Positions 25,393 through 39,336 of a DNA stretch of 64,000 bases are shown piece after piece. Source of the DNA: Octopus sinensis (lineage: Eukaryota). The stretch lies in NCBI RefSeq assembly GCF_006345805.1, contig NW_021833416.1, positions 1-64,000 on the forward strand, written 5' to 3'. The first letter of the stretch is position 1. Each line of letters begins with the position of its first letter. The notes beneath the pieces were generated by a model. That model was not told the origin of the DNA. It ran no database searches and saw only the letters and a list, made by a program, of their open reading frames with translations. Position numbers and translations under genes: made by a program.

Positions 25393-25439
25393 ATCATCAT
25401 CATCATTATCATTATTTATAATAACATTATTATTATTAT

Positions 25440-25840
25440 AAGGGGGCAAGCTGGCAGAAACGTTAGCACGCCGGGCGAAATGCGTAGCCGTATTTCGTCT
25501 GCTATTACGTTCTGAGTTCAAATTCCGCCGAGGTCGACTTTGCCTTTCATCCTTTCGGGGTCGATAAATTAAGCACCAGTTACGCACTGGAGTCGATGTA
25601 AATCGACTTAATCCGTTTGTCTGTCCTTGTTTGTCCCCTCTGTGTGTAACCCCTTGAAGGTAGTAAAGAAATAGGTATCTCGCCCGTCGCTACGTTCTGA
25701 GTTCGAATTGTGTCAAGGTCGACTGTATCTTTTATCATTTCGAGGTCGATAAAATAAGTACCGGCTGAACACTGGGGTCGATGTAATCGACTCACCCCTT
25801 CCTTGAAACTGCTTGCCCTTGTGTTAAAATTTAAACCATT
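25440..25840 (+). mobile_element. SINE-B dimer whose second unit has the alternative tail
   Basis: Junction AAAGAAATAGGTATCTCG at about 25666-25683. Confidence 0.88.
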
Positions 25841-25894
25841 ATTATTATTATTATTTATTATTATATTATTATTATTATTATTATTATATTATTA

Positions 25895-25929
<35 letters not shown>

Positions 25930-25948
25930 GTTATTATTATTATTATTA

Positions 25949-25979
<31 letters not shown>

Positions 25980-26011
25980 ATTATTATTATATTATTATTA
26001 TTATTATATTA

Positions 26012-26340
26012 TCATTCAGTAGTTTTATTTTTATAACGTGCTTTCACTTCACTACCGAGCGTAGCTCTGTGTGCCTTGGGTATGTGCTGTGATTTGTTGT
26101 GATGCTCTGATGGTTACTGTATTGAAAGTGTTCTGCGTAGGATGTGTGCAGTGCCTAGTAGTGCAATTTTCTGTATGTTATATGTGTTTGTAAGTCCTGC
26201 TGTTTTTGTTATGTACTTGTCTGAATATTTCTTTTATCATGCCTAATGCACCTATTATGATAGGAATTGTTTCTGTTCTTAGATTCCACATTCTGGTTAC
26301 CTCTATTTCCAGGTCTTTGTATTTTGAAAGTTTCTCCATT
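26012..26340 (-). mobile_element. R4/Dong-clade 3' fragment (family 3) in (TTA)n
   Basis: EKLSKYKDLEIEVTRMWNLRTETIPIIIGALGMIK...QKIALLGTAHILRRTLSI; flanked by (TTA)n. Confidence 0.9.
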
Positions 26341-26371
26341 TCTTCTTCTTCTTCTCTTCTTCTTCTTCTTC

Positions 26372-26447
<76 letters not shown>

Positions 26448-26856
26448 GCCGCTGTTGGCTTTGTTTCTTTGTCTCATGTTGCTGTAGTTTATCTAACGAC
26501 TATATTGTGGCGTAGGATGATTATACATCTGAAGGTTAAACAAAGAAACGTATACAGAAGAACAACAGCAACAAGAACAAAAGCAGCAACAACAACAACA
26601 ACAACAGCAATATTAAAAGCAGCGGCAACGACGACAACTGTAACAACATCATGGACAAAAACATCCAACAGTAACAAAAATCTACCTTAATTCAATTAAC
26701 ACAACGATTAATTACTACTATTTTGAAACGATCTCTGTGTGAATTTCCTGCGTAAATATCCAATTTTAGATATTTTTTCTGTGTGTTTATCTTCATGTAT
26801 AAGTGAGAGCAAGAGCGTGCGTTTTCGTATATGAGTACGTCCATGTATCTATATAT

Positions 26857-27033
<177 letters not shown>

Positions 27034-27045
27034 CATGTATGTTTG

Positions 27046-27076
<31 letters not shown>

Positions 27077-27764
27077 ATGTGCGGGCATGTGCGGCTTATA
27101 TATCTGTGTGTGTATGTACTAAGTTCTCACGTTTGTCTTTTCTTTTTCTTCGTTTTTCTCGGCTGTTTCAATTGACTATATATATGTGACTATATATATG
27201 TGTGTGTGTGTGTGTGTGTATTTGAATGTGTTTGAGTATGTATGAGTGTGTGTGTGTGTGTGTATGTGTTTTACGCCATATTCTGTGATGAAATGTGGCA
27301 GTGTGCACACTTATCAGATCGCTTTCATCCGAACGACGGTGACGAAAGATTGAAAGCGAAGGAGATAACGAGTTAGAGAATGAACGAAAGAGCGAATGTG
27401 TGAGTACGTGAAAGAGGGAATAAGCAAACGAGCGAGTGAATGTGTGATAATCGCTGAGTTACGAAAGATAAGAAACTCTTTTCAAACGTGGAGTATGTTA
27501 CTGAGATATGCCTCTTTTACCGTAAGAGTGTGTCAGGTTTTCTGCATGCCCGCATGCCTCTCTCTAGTTTTCTTTCTGCGTGTGTGTTCGTGTGTGTGTG
27601 CATATATATGTATATATAATGTATTTATTTTTCATTCCCGTCGAAGTTTTATCCATAATAGTGGTTTGGAATTTAACTGTTCTGTCTAGCGTGCAAGGAG
27701 TCCTATGATGGATGCTTCTTATGTGTTTAAATGTACACTGTATTTATAGACCACGTGAGTACCG

Positions 27765-27955
27765 TTGGCGATTTTTTTTCTCTGTCTTCCCTTCTCTGGA
27801 TCTTTCCTTCTCCTATGTTTCCGACGAAGAGTTCCGCTCGAAACGTTAAACCATCGTTCTTTCCTTTTTTTCCTGAGCGTCCAATAATACTATATTTGTT
27901 CCACATCCTCGCGTTGTTGTGTTTTTTTTTGCTTCTTGTTTGGATTAACTTTATA
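27765..27955 (+). mobile_element. Penelope-like terminal repeat with a variant minimal hammerhead (about 27817-27851)
   Basis: GTTT-CCGACGA-AGAG.TCCG.CTC-GAAAC-GTT-AAAC; ends in (TA)n; partial second copy at about 49380-49480. Confidence 0.65.
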
Positions 27956-27987
27956 CATACATATAATATATACTATATATATATATA

Positions 27988-28024
<37 letters not shown>

Positions 28025-28209
28025 TGTGGTGTGTGGTGTGTGTGTGTGTGTACATACATATATATATATGATATATAATACACCCGCATACATACATATA
28101 CATGGTGATTGTCTACGCCTTATGCAGAGTCTGACCACCTCCTGTACCTACTCCTTAGATCCACATGGCGTATGATGTGGATTTTTAAACCAGACAATGT
28201 TTTGAAAAG

Positions 28210-28277
<68 letters not shown>

Positions 28278-28764
28278 TATAATAAGCGCCTGGCCTTTCG
28301 CAGATTTTAATTTAAGAAAATTTAAGACCCAAATATAGTTAAGAAACACAATTTTCTTGTAATGTGAAGAATTTAGTTGACTAAATGGAATCATTCGGTT
28401 GTAAAACTGGATATAATACATAACTTGCATAAATATAATAACTTAAATATAGTTTAACCAATTACGGACATCGAGCTCCCGATTTTAATATTCACGATCG
28501 CTCTGTTTTTAATGCTCCAAATATACTGTGGCAGTGAAGTAGTGCTTCAGGTCCTCGTGTTAGTCAAGGAGTAAAAGTCGTCTATGTACCTTACCTTCTG
28601 AAACTATGTTCTATATGTCCAATATAAATTCGTAGTTCTGTCTGGCAATGTTACCATGGCAACATCATCGAAATTTGATTTGGTGCCAAAGGTCAAAACT
28701 GCATCACACATTTATCTTTTAAACTAACATTCTCAGAACAAATGATATTTTCATTTATCTTTTA

Positions 28765-28950
28765 TCTTTCACTTGTTTCAATTAATAGACTGCGGTCATG
28801 CTGGGGCACCTTCTTAAAAGATTTAGTCGGCCAAGTTGACCTTAATACTTCCTTTTAAATTTTGGTACATATTCAATTGGTCATTTATACCGAACCAATA
28901 AATTACGGGAATGTAAAATCAAACCAGCACCAACGGTCAAGCGGTTTGAA
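28765..28950 (-). mobile_element. SINE family A, diverged 3' part (others at about 29400-29620, 34550-34690 and 54460-54580)
   Basis: CTTGTTTCA..GACTGCGGTCATGCTGGGGCACC. Confidence 0.7.
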
Positions 28951-29007
28951 ACAAAATACAAAGAAACACAACGCACACACACACACACCTCACACACACA
29001 CAACACA

Positions 29008-29082
<75 letters not shown>

Positions 29083-29104
29083 TATATTTATGTATATCAT
29101 ATGT

Positions 29105-29295
29105 ATATAGATCGCTAGGCACTACACATTCATAATGTCTCTCCTTGTTTCTTTCTGTGTTCCTTTCTGTGCAAGAGCGTAGGCTCGAAACTTTAAAGCC
29201 TTTTGACTTCCGGACCTTTATACTAATACATCTATTTGTTGTCTACAACCACCTGTCTTCGTCTTTTGTTCTTTTGTGAATTATCCCCATATATA
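29105..29295 (+). mobile_element. Penelope-like terminal repeat, second family, with degenerate hammerhead (about 29163-29197)
   Basis: CTTT-CTGTGCA-AGAGC GTAG GCTC-GAAAC; homologous to 60020-60205 (-) and 63020-63210. Confidence 0.65.
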
Positions 29296-29999
29296 TATAT
29301 ATATACATATATATATACATACATACATACGCACACACACACATATTTATGTTTGTACATATATGTATTGTGTGTGTGCGTGTGTATGCATGTGTCTATA
29401 TGAGAGTGTTTGCATCCGTATTAGTTCCCCACAGGTTTGACAACCGGGGGTGGGGATATATTCTTTATTTCCCCATCACTTAAAGTTTTTGGAAAGTGTG
29501 TCGAAGAGAATAAATATCAAGCTTTAAAACAAAATAAGACAACAAGAACTGAAGTCGATTTATTCGACCAAATGTTCCTGAAGGAGGTACTCCAGCATGA
29601 CCGCAGTCTGATGACTCACTCACAACTAAAAACAGAAACATTTTACGGTCATTCACGTAGGAAGATGCATGATCTTCACTGGATTCTTCAATTTCGTAAT
29701 TGTCTGTATTAATCTTCAGACTAGACATATCTTTGTGTGTGCGCGTGTGCATCTGTGTGTGTGTGTATACACATGTATGTATTCATGTATGTATGTTGCT
29801 CAATGGTGAATCATGTTTATTATTGTTTGTTTATATACATATAAACACTTCAAAGGTGTTGTCAGTAAACTCTGTAGATTTAAGTGGTTTATACAAATAC
29901 ATATAGACGCGTATACACACAGGGAATTAAACACAAAAACATATGAATGTCTATTTTTGAATGTATTTCAATCTATCTATCTACCTATCTATCTCTCTG

Positions 30000-30034
<35 letters not shown>

Positions 30035-30184
30035 TTGTGCGTGTGTGTGTATAAAGTGTGTGTGGTGTGTGTGTGCATATCAAGAGAGATCGAACAATGA
30101 GGCATATTTTTACATCCATATTTGATGTGTTTCTATGTACGTATGTATAATACATAGATTACATAGATTCTATCTATGTATATG

Positions 30185-30238
<54 letters not shown>

Positions 30239-30599
30239 TACATATGTATATATATATATATATCGCTAATTATCTCTAATTTAATATATATATATATGCA
30301 TGTATGTATGTATGTATGTATATAGATATATATATATATATATATATAGATAACATATATATGTGTGTGGTATGTATGCATCCATACACACTCGAACACA
30401 AGTGCGCACACAGGTACACACACACACTTCCACTCTCACACACACACATGCTAGTAGGCGCCATTTAATTATCACACGTGTCAAGTAATCATGAAATGTA
30501 AATTTCGTAGCTAAATATATTCGAAAATTCAACTGATTCCACTGTGACGATTATTCTGTGTACTTTTTAGACTTCTCATCAACATGGCGGTTATAGTCA

Positions 30600-31577
30600 A
30601 ATGATAATTTGATAAAAACAAACTTTTAATCAAGATTCTGCCTAAACGCCGCTAGCTAGATAACTCGGAATAAAGAAAACAAAGGCTCGAAGAAAATAGA
30701 TTAAGAGAAGCAAATTGCTGTCAGCGAGAAACACTAGAAGGGAGGCTACAAATTCGTGAAGAAAATAAAACGTATAGAGAGAATCGTGGATTGAAAGAAA
30801 TACCAGAGCAGAGCCAGTACAATCGTGGAAAACATAGCGTGGACAGCAAGTATTAACGACCGCATTGCCTTCGGGTAGACAGAATAAGGTATGCTAACCG
30901 AATAATACTAATTTTCACTTGGAAATAATGAAGTTCGGTACCTTAAGTTATGATAGAAGTTATGGTCAGAAATCTGACAGAATCTCCTCGTGATTACGTT
31001 TCAAAACTATGCGCCATATTGTGAAGAAAAATTAGAAGCAAGAGCACCTGGGCGGTGCTGGATCTTGGCAAATCTTTGTAAAAGCGGTCAAAAGCGAAAT
31101 AGGATATCAATATCAGCGTGTGGTCTGTGACAAATGAGGCCTTACCAAAACAAGCCTTCTTAATTTAGGAAAGGGGCGAGTAAAACTGAGCAGTGAGAGG
31201 CGCAAACTGGGTGACTTGTACAAGTATCCTAGGGTCCAAATCTCTGATGAAGCCACATTTACGAAATTAGGACACGGTTAACCATGATTAGAAATACATA
31301 GAAAAACCTACTCTTTTAATTGTTTCAGTCATTTGACTGCGGCCATGCTGGATCACCGTCTTTATAGTCGAGCAAATCGCCCTCAGAGCTTATTTTTTGT
31401 ATGCCTAGTACTTATTCTATCTGTCTTTTTTGCCGAACAGCTAAGTTAACTTACACACCAGCATCAGTAGTCAACCGATGCTGGGGGATAGGCATGACAC
31501 ACAAACACACACACACACACACCCACACACACCACACACAACAACACACCCCCACAACACACAGGGACACACACATA

Positions 31578-31637
<60 letters not shown>

Positions 31638-32280
31638 ATATACGACATATACGGGTTTCTTCCAGTTTCCGTCTACCAAATCCACTTACAAGGATTTGGT
31701 CGGGCCGAGGTTATAGAAGAAGACACCTGCCCAATGTGCTACGCAGTGGGACTGAACCCGGGACCATGTGGTTGGTAAGCAAGCTACTTACCACACAGCC
31801 ACTCCTGCGCTTATGCTTATTAACAATCGTTGCAGAAAAGGGGTCCTAATATAAAAATAAGGCTAGTGCGAGCCTTAATTTGGCTAAGAGGCATTTATGG
31901 TTGCAAAGTTCGGAGACTGAGGAAATTTGAAGAGAAAATAATGTAATTGAAATTTGGGGGTATAGGAGAATATTACGAGTGTCTTACAAGAAACATTGGA
32001 CAATTGGACGGGCGTTAAAACAAGTAGGTGAAAAACAACAGCTCCTGAATATGTGAAAAAACAAAACTTCGTATATTATGGCCATATTTGAAGAAGCAAA
32101 TATCTGGTAAAAATTATCGCCTATGGAAGAGTAGAGGGCAGTAGGTCTAGATGCAATCAAAAAATGCAATGGCTCAGCTTATATCACGAGCGGGTCGGAT
32201 ACAGCAGCTGGAGAACTTGCGATTAATCGGGAAGATTTTCGTTTTAGTGTCATCAGTGCAGTGCATTATGTTATCAATAA
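30600..32280 (+). mobile_element. Highly decayed RTE-clade LINE, split by a SINE-A insertion
   Basis: Fragments read YKY.LGS near 31220 and, after the SINE, IKIRLVRALIW..IYGC..EIWGYRRILRVS and KLRILW/YYGHI..YGRVEGSR, typical of the RTE post-RT region; left boundary uncertain. Confidence 0.75.
31309..31810 (-). mobile_element. SINE family A, full length, nested in the RTE relic
   Basis: Complete reverse copy ending CAGCCACTCCTGCGC. Confidence 0.92.
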
Positions 32281-32777
32281 TGTGGGGAAATATTATCTTT
32301 GATTAAATATATGACTTCAATAACAATAAAGGCCGAAGAAGCTTAGTTTCCATAGACAGAACGAATATTTCATGCCGTTTTCTATGCTGGGAGAGGTCCT
32401 TTTGAATATAAAGCAGGCAAATGTCGGATATAGTCTGCTATAAAATTTATTTTAACTGGGTAAAATCGATAGGAATGTTAAACATCACAGGCATATAGTA
32501 ATCTACTAATAATATTAAGTGATATCATCAGCCTGTAAAAATCAATGCTAATGTACGGTATTACTGTATAATTGAACTCACAGCGTGATCATGTCAACAA
32601 GGCTAATACGTTATCTTTATGCATATATATATATATATAACCTATATATATATATATATTATATGCGTGAAGTGTTTGTGTGTTTGTGTGGCGGTGTGTG
32701 TGTGTGGTGTGTGGTGTATTATATCTATATATATTGTGTGTGTGTTTGTGTGAGTGTATCTATATATGTTATATGCA

Positions 32778-32808
<31 letters not shown>

Positions 32809-32926
32809 GATATATTATATAATATATATATATTATACATACATACATTTTACATATATTATATACTTATATGTATATATATTGTAAGTATATGTATTTG
32901 TATATATATATGCTATGCATACATAT

Positions 32927-34225
32927 ATCGACCTCAGTACGCAGGTGGTACTTAGTTCAACGAACTTGAGAGAATGAAAGGCAACGTCGACATTAGCGGA
33001 ATTTGAACTCAGAAAGCAAAACCAGAAAGATTTCGTTGCTAAGCATTTCGCCGGCGTGCTAACGTTTTTGCCAGTTCGCCACCTTCAACCAGCTTTATAT
33101 TCCATGTTCACATGCTGCCGCAGTCAATTTTGCTTTTCACTCTCCTGGGGGTGGGTGGGGGGGTCGATAAAATAAATACCAGTTGCGCATTGGGGTTGCA
33201 TCTAATCGACTTAATTCTCTCACTCGAAATTGCCGGTCTAGTGTGCTAAATATTGAAATAGTATTCCTTAACAAAACGTTAATATGACAAGAATAGCAGT
33301 GCTTGTACTTGTGGCAGCAACGAAAATTAATTCTCAAATATGATTGTTATAGTTTTAATTAAAATTAATGCATGATTATATTGTTGGTTTTTTGTTTTTT
33401 CCACTTCTCTTTTTTTTTTTTAACAATAAAACCAACGCTGCCATCAATAATTGCTTAAACAGCAGCAACAGTAGCAACATATACGGTTCATTTGTTAAAA
33501 GAGTATTATAGTGTCAAACTACCGCGTTTACATTTAACCTTTATAATTGCGATTGTCATTGAAACGACCGCTTCACGTTTACAGCTTGGAATCGAATTCA
33601 ATTGGTTTTTGATCAGAAAATAGATCTTCATTTCTTGTTAATTATATATGATATCTTCGTTTTGTTCTCTTCTTACAAAATCAGGAGTTAATTTAACTTC
33701 AACCTGTAACATGTTATTATGAAATGCAGTTATATCCATTTACTTTCTGTTTTCGAATTCTGCCATTTTGTCGATGTGATTGTAATTAATCTGAAGTAGA
33801 AAGGCGGGAAGCTAGCAACTCGTTAGCTCCCGGACGAAATACTTAGCACCTAAATCCTTCTGGTTTTTGCATTCTGAGTTCAAATTCCCCTAAGGTCGAC
33901 GTTGCCTTTCATTCTCTCAAGTTCGTTGGACTAAGTACCAGCTGCGTACTGAGGTCGATGTAATCGACTTGTTCCCACCCCACTCCAAAATATCAAACCC
34001 CTCACATTTAACAGAAGTGATTATTATCAAGACTACAAGCTGAGAGTTTCGTTACCATGCACGACAGAAAAGCCTAGCGGCCATAATTCATGGTTCTCAT
34101 TCTACGTTCAAATTTCACCGAGATCGAATTTCCCTTTCTTATCTGGGTACCAGTTAAGTACTGCGTCGATGTAATTGACTGACCCTTGCACTCAAAATTT
34201 CAGGCTTTGTACCTAACGTTTAAAG
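32927..34225. mobile_element. Four diverged SINE-B copies: 32927-33085 (-), about 33115-33260 (+), 33801-34020 (+), about 34040-34225 (+)
   Basis: Box B GAGTTCAAATTC plus core; AATTAATCTGAAGTA duplicated at 33784 and 34226 (TSD-like). Confidence 0.82.
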
Positions 34226-34692
34226 AATTAATCTGAAGTAAAGAATTAAACACCAGAAAAGTACGGACCAACTTTCACAAGAAGACTAAATACATATACA
34301 TTCATAACCTCTGATGTATTTGTACTCAACTAATTAATCTCGAAGCAAATAACTTCGTATAATTATTTAAACAACTTTTCACATTCAACTGTTTTCTTCG
34401 TGTTTTAATAATTAGCTTTCCGACAGCTTGGAAGGAAGAAGTAAAGAAATATTGATCAACATTGCAGAAGCTAAAATTAGTCGACTGGAAGAAAGTGACC
34501 TTTTGGTTTAAACCCGTGTTCTAAATTCACAGCAAAGCAAAATACAATGGATATAAACTCACGCATTTTTTTACCTTTCACTGGTTACAGTCACTGGAAT
34601 GAGGCAATGTTGGGGCGACGCATTAAATTATTTAATCGAACGAATCTTATTTTCTTTGAATATCTTGTATTAATTTTATTGGTCTCTCTGAC

Positions 34693-35295
34693 ATATGTAT
34701 GCATGTATGTATGTATGTGTGTGTGTATGTTTGTATGTATGTATGTGTGTATGTATGAAAGTATGCATGTATATATGTATGTGTGTATGTATGTATGGAT
34801 GTATGCATGTATGTATGTATGTATGTATGTATGTATCTATGTATGTGTATATGTATGTATGCATGTATGTATGTGTGTATGTACGTATGTATGAATGCAT
34901 GTATGTATGTATGTGTGTGTATGTATGTATATATGTATGTATGTGTGTGTGTATGTATGTATGCATGTATGTATGCATGTATGTGTGTATGTGTGTATGT
35001 ATGTATGGATGCATGTATGTATGTATGTATGCAAGTATGTATGTATGCACGTATTTATGAATGTATGCATGTATATATGTGTGTGTGCATGTTTGTATGT
35101 ATGTATGTGTGTATGTATGAAAGTATGCATGTATATATGTATGTGTGTATGGATGTATGCATGTATGTATGTGTGTATGTATGTATGAATGTATGCATGT
35201 ATATATGCATGTGTGTATGTATGTATGGATGTATGCATGTATGTATGCATGTATGTATTCATGTATGTATGTATGTATGTATGTATGCATATATG
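34693..35295. repeat. Degenerate (GTAT)n tetranucleotide array with an internal higher-order duplication
   Basis: TGTTTGTATGTATGTATGTGTGTATGTATGAAAGTATGCATG occurs at about 34728 and 35090. Confidence 0.92.
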
Positions 35296-35615
35296 TGGAT
35301 GTCCGCTTGCTTTGGATGGTACAATCGTGGTTGTTATTATTATTATTAATATTAATATTAATTTTATTGACTTTTTGTGTAATGACACATTTTAATATAT
35401 ATGCCTGCTTTAAATGTGAGTGTACACGTTGTATTTCCTTGATGTTGGTTATAGAAATATGGTGTTCAATATGGAACATTATTGTGTTTGTTAATGTATA
35501 TTGATCTATATTGTTTATATTGTTAATTGTGTATATTATATCTGTAGGAATATGAGTGTGTATGCACACATATTTATATTTATATGTAAATTTTTTTTCA
35601 TACTTGCATTAAATT

Positions 35616-35721
35616 CTCTGAAGAGGCCGTGAGACATTCTTGTTAATGTCCCATTTATACTTGCTTATATGGCTAATAGTTAATGGGACATACCTGTCTT
35701 CACGGCCGAAACAGCTGTCAG
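35616..35721 (+). ncRNA. Type I hammerhead ribozyme motif with extended stem II (probably Penelope-associated)
   Basis: CUGAAGA, stem II GGCCGUGAGACA / UGUCUUCACGGCC with inner hairpin AUGUCCCAUU / AAUGGGACAU, GAAAC-AGCU-GUC; stem I only about 2 bp. Confidence 0.72.
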
Positions 35722-36025
35722 CTACAATGTAAATGTATTTTCTATTTCTATTTCTATGTCTTGTTATATTTGTACTATATTAATGTATAATATCATTGCT
35801 ATTGTGTAATGGTTTAATAAAGTATTGATTGGGTATTATCTGATGGTTGATGATTGATTTGATATATTTCTCCATTTTCTCATTTTGTATATATATATAT
35901 ACACTTTCGTATTGCATTACTATTTTCATTGAAACTTCTTCACTCATCTCGTTCTGTTAACGTTTTGGCGTTCAGACGAGTGTACTGGCATAGATGTAGC
36001 AGCATTTGAAATTTTGTCTAGGTAT

Positions 36026-36096
36026 ATGCAGCTGATGAGGACAAATCAAATCCACGTTGTCAAACGTATTTGAAGAGTCTGAAACTGGTCCTGCAT
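36026..36096 (+). ncRNA. Type I hammerhead ribozyme motif (minimal stem III, Penelope type)
   Basis: AUGCAG-CUGAUGA-GGAC...GUCU-GAAAC-UG-GUC-CUGCAU: 6-bp stem I, intact core, GUC cleavage triplet. Confidence 0.78.
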
Positions 36097-38013
36097 TATC
36101 CGTTTCTAGGTTTTTCCTTTTTCAGATGTTTTTCCTAGAGGTAAGACACATTTTTTTCATGTTTGTTGCACACACACGTCTTTGCTAATATATACGCAGT
36201 GAAGCTATACAATAGCGACGTATTTATTACCATCGCTATTTTCCAGTAAATATCGGTACTTCGTTGTACCATTTATTTAGTTTTATATATATATATACCT
36301 ACATCTACATGTATATATACATGTATATATGGGTACAGGACACCAAAAAAACGTCGAACACGTACATATATGTATATATATATGCATATGTTTTATTTAT
36401 TAATTTGTTTATTACACGACAGAACGCACGCATCCATTTCTAAGTAAGTTTGTTCTTAATATATATATATATGAATTGATATTAAATTCTATACACTCGT
36501 AACATGAAAGTTTTACGGTGAAATATAAGTATGTCGAGCTCTCACAGATAGTCATCATCAGTATTGATTTTGCCTAACCAATCATAAAATATATATTCTA
36601 AAAGTTTGTACTCCTCCAGAGTTTTAGTTGTCAATACTGGTAATAGTTAAAAGTAAAAATAAATGTTGATCAATAGAGTCAAATGACTCGTTCGTTCACA
36701 TTAATTTTTGCAGTGTGGTTCACAGAGTCTGTTATTTAAATTCGGAGTTATGTCTACAAAGCTAACTATATTAATATTAACTATTAAACGTATATTGAAA
36801 CATAATTCTGTCTTTAACACGCGGGTTGCAATTAGTGAGTCTTATTAATTCATCGTTTCGATATGACACTCCGCGTTTAAACTTAAAGGAATATTCTTTA
36901 AATTTTTAATTACATATAATTCAATAAAATCAATTATTTCCGGCTAATCATTCGCTTCCCTGCAATCATCAAAAGAAATACTGGATTTTGTATTTAATCC
37001 GTAGCGACTGGTCGAAATTGATAACTGATTTCTTGGCCATGTCACATCCCTTCTATTTCAAAACATTTCATCTTATAATTCTATCAACGTCAATAATCTT
37101 ATCAAGATGAGTTCCTATAATAGATGCATAATAATTATTTATGTCAAATTTCAGAAACATACTTCTAAAATTATTATCGATATTGTGAAATTAATCTATC
37201 AGTTCTTATGGATAAATCCATAAATTTAACTTGGCCTTTTATCTTTCGCCTTTTATCTCTTTAATTTCTATCTAATTTCCTCTAATTAATTCATCCAGTA
37301 TCGCATTTAATTGGATATATAAATCTCATAGATGGGATTCCATTGAAATCTACCACGTGATGTTTTAAAGCAAAGTACAGCTTTCTTAGTTTCGTTGGTT
37401 TGATCTATCATGTCTAAGGAGTCGTGAACTAATTGTGTAGTCCTCCGTTATTAGTCTAATTTAAACTGCTCCACATAGTCTTCCGATGTCCAGTCGGGTG
37501 TACTCGTCACGATCTACAAAATATTTATTGGCTGTCAGATCGGAGTGAACTCGCATCACTGCGAATTTTGACATACTCCGATTTGCATTTTGGGAATCGC
37601 TAAGATATTCACATTCTTCTTCAATCTGATTATTTTCATTATCCTTTGTCCTTCCCTTTCTCACTCATTGGACAGCGGCCGTGCTGATGCACCGGCTTGA
37701 ATAGGTTTTAGGTGAACGAACCTCGGGTTGAAACTCGTAAAGAAAAATAAGCTTAAAGCTTATAACCGTTCAATGCGTCTTGGCTATAGAAAATAGTTTA
37801 ATATCGGGGATTATAATCCATACACAGAACACATGGGTGTCATTACGCGTACGAATGACTACTTTTATTGTTTGTTATAGCCGATATACGGTGAACGCTT
37901 ATAAGATTAAAACTTATAGTTGTCATATACAAAATTTTCACTCGTCACCACATCTTAGTTTAATGCAGAATACACACACACACGCAGACACACACGTGCA
38001 TATATATATATAT

Positions 38014-38044
<31 letters not shown>

Positions 38045-38093
38045 CAGAGAGACAGAGACAGAGACAGACAGACAGACATACAGACATATAGAC

Positions 38094-38154
<61 letters not shown>

Positions 38155-38382
38155 TACTGAACATAAAGTAAGTTTATAAGTAGAAAACTGTCACATTCAT
38201 AAAAGACACTTTTAAGAATTAAGGCGTATTTTCCTTTGATATAAGTGTGTTTACACGTCTACACACACGCACACACACAAACACACACACGCATACGCTT
38301 ACATGTATACATACATACATACTACATACATACATGCATGCATACATGCATACATACATACATACATACATACATACATACA

Positions 38383-38415
<33 letters not shown>

Positions 38416-39336
38416 TCACACATACATATGGTTCCGAGTTCACTCCCATAAATGTCTTCTAAGAGAGCCTGCTTGCCGTGTTCTCTTCACTGAGGACCTG
38501 GTTGGGTTGACGCTCGAGTTCTTCAACCAGATGAGGAGGTATCTCGAGAAGTCGGGGACTAGTTGAGACCGTACTCAAAGAACCACTCGGGAGGACCCAA
38601 GAATACACCGACAAATGATGAATACAGCAACCCACTGCAACGGTGCACGCCCCCTACATCTGTCCTGGTTTGATCTCAATGATACCTACTTAATTTGTTT
38701 TCCCAAGTATTTCGACGTCCGTTGAATTTTATTTTAGCAATGGCTTTGTCGAAATTATTCGGTAATTACTAGATCTCTTCTAATTATAGCTTAAAGGAAT
38801 GTTAAATACAATAGTTAATTTAAGTGTAATTAGCTATATTGTAAATTATTTTCTGGCACGACATTGCTGTGTGCCCTTTCTTTATCTAGTCAAATATATT
38901 TAGATGAAAATAACTAGAGTCATAAGGAGACAGTTCCGGTATTTAAATTCTTGTTGGTTGTTTTAATTTTCTGCCCTCAGTGAAACACATTCTCATTTAA
39001 AACTCTCTACAATGTTTTGGCTTTTTTGTAAGCCATAAATTATCAGTCTTCTATTCTTTCTAAAATATTTCATTAATATAATTTCTGCGGGTTCCTTGTA
39101 CCAATTATGAGGTCTTCATTAATAACACACTTCTGTATAAATACAATAGATTTAACTAGTGATTATTTATTGGTAAAGTCATACGACTGTCAGTTTATGC
39201 AACCCGATCGTATTAAAGTATATAAGATTTTAATTATAAGATAATGGCCGTTTTCTAAACGGCCATTATTGTTATCGAAGAATGTGAATCTCATTTACGT
39301 TGGCAATTCTTATTACAAATAAATAACTGAATAAAA

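Noticed and set aside
33080-33096. miR-133-like CCTTCAACCAGCT
   Set aside because: No seed (TTGGTCC) and no hairpin; lies at a SINE boundary.
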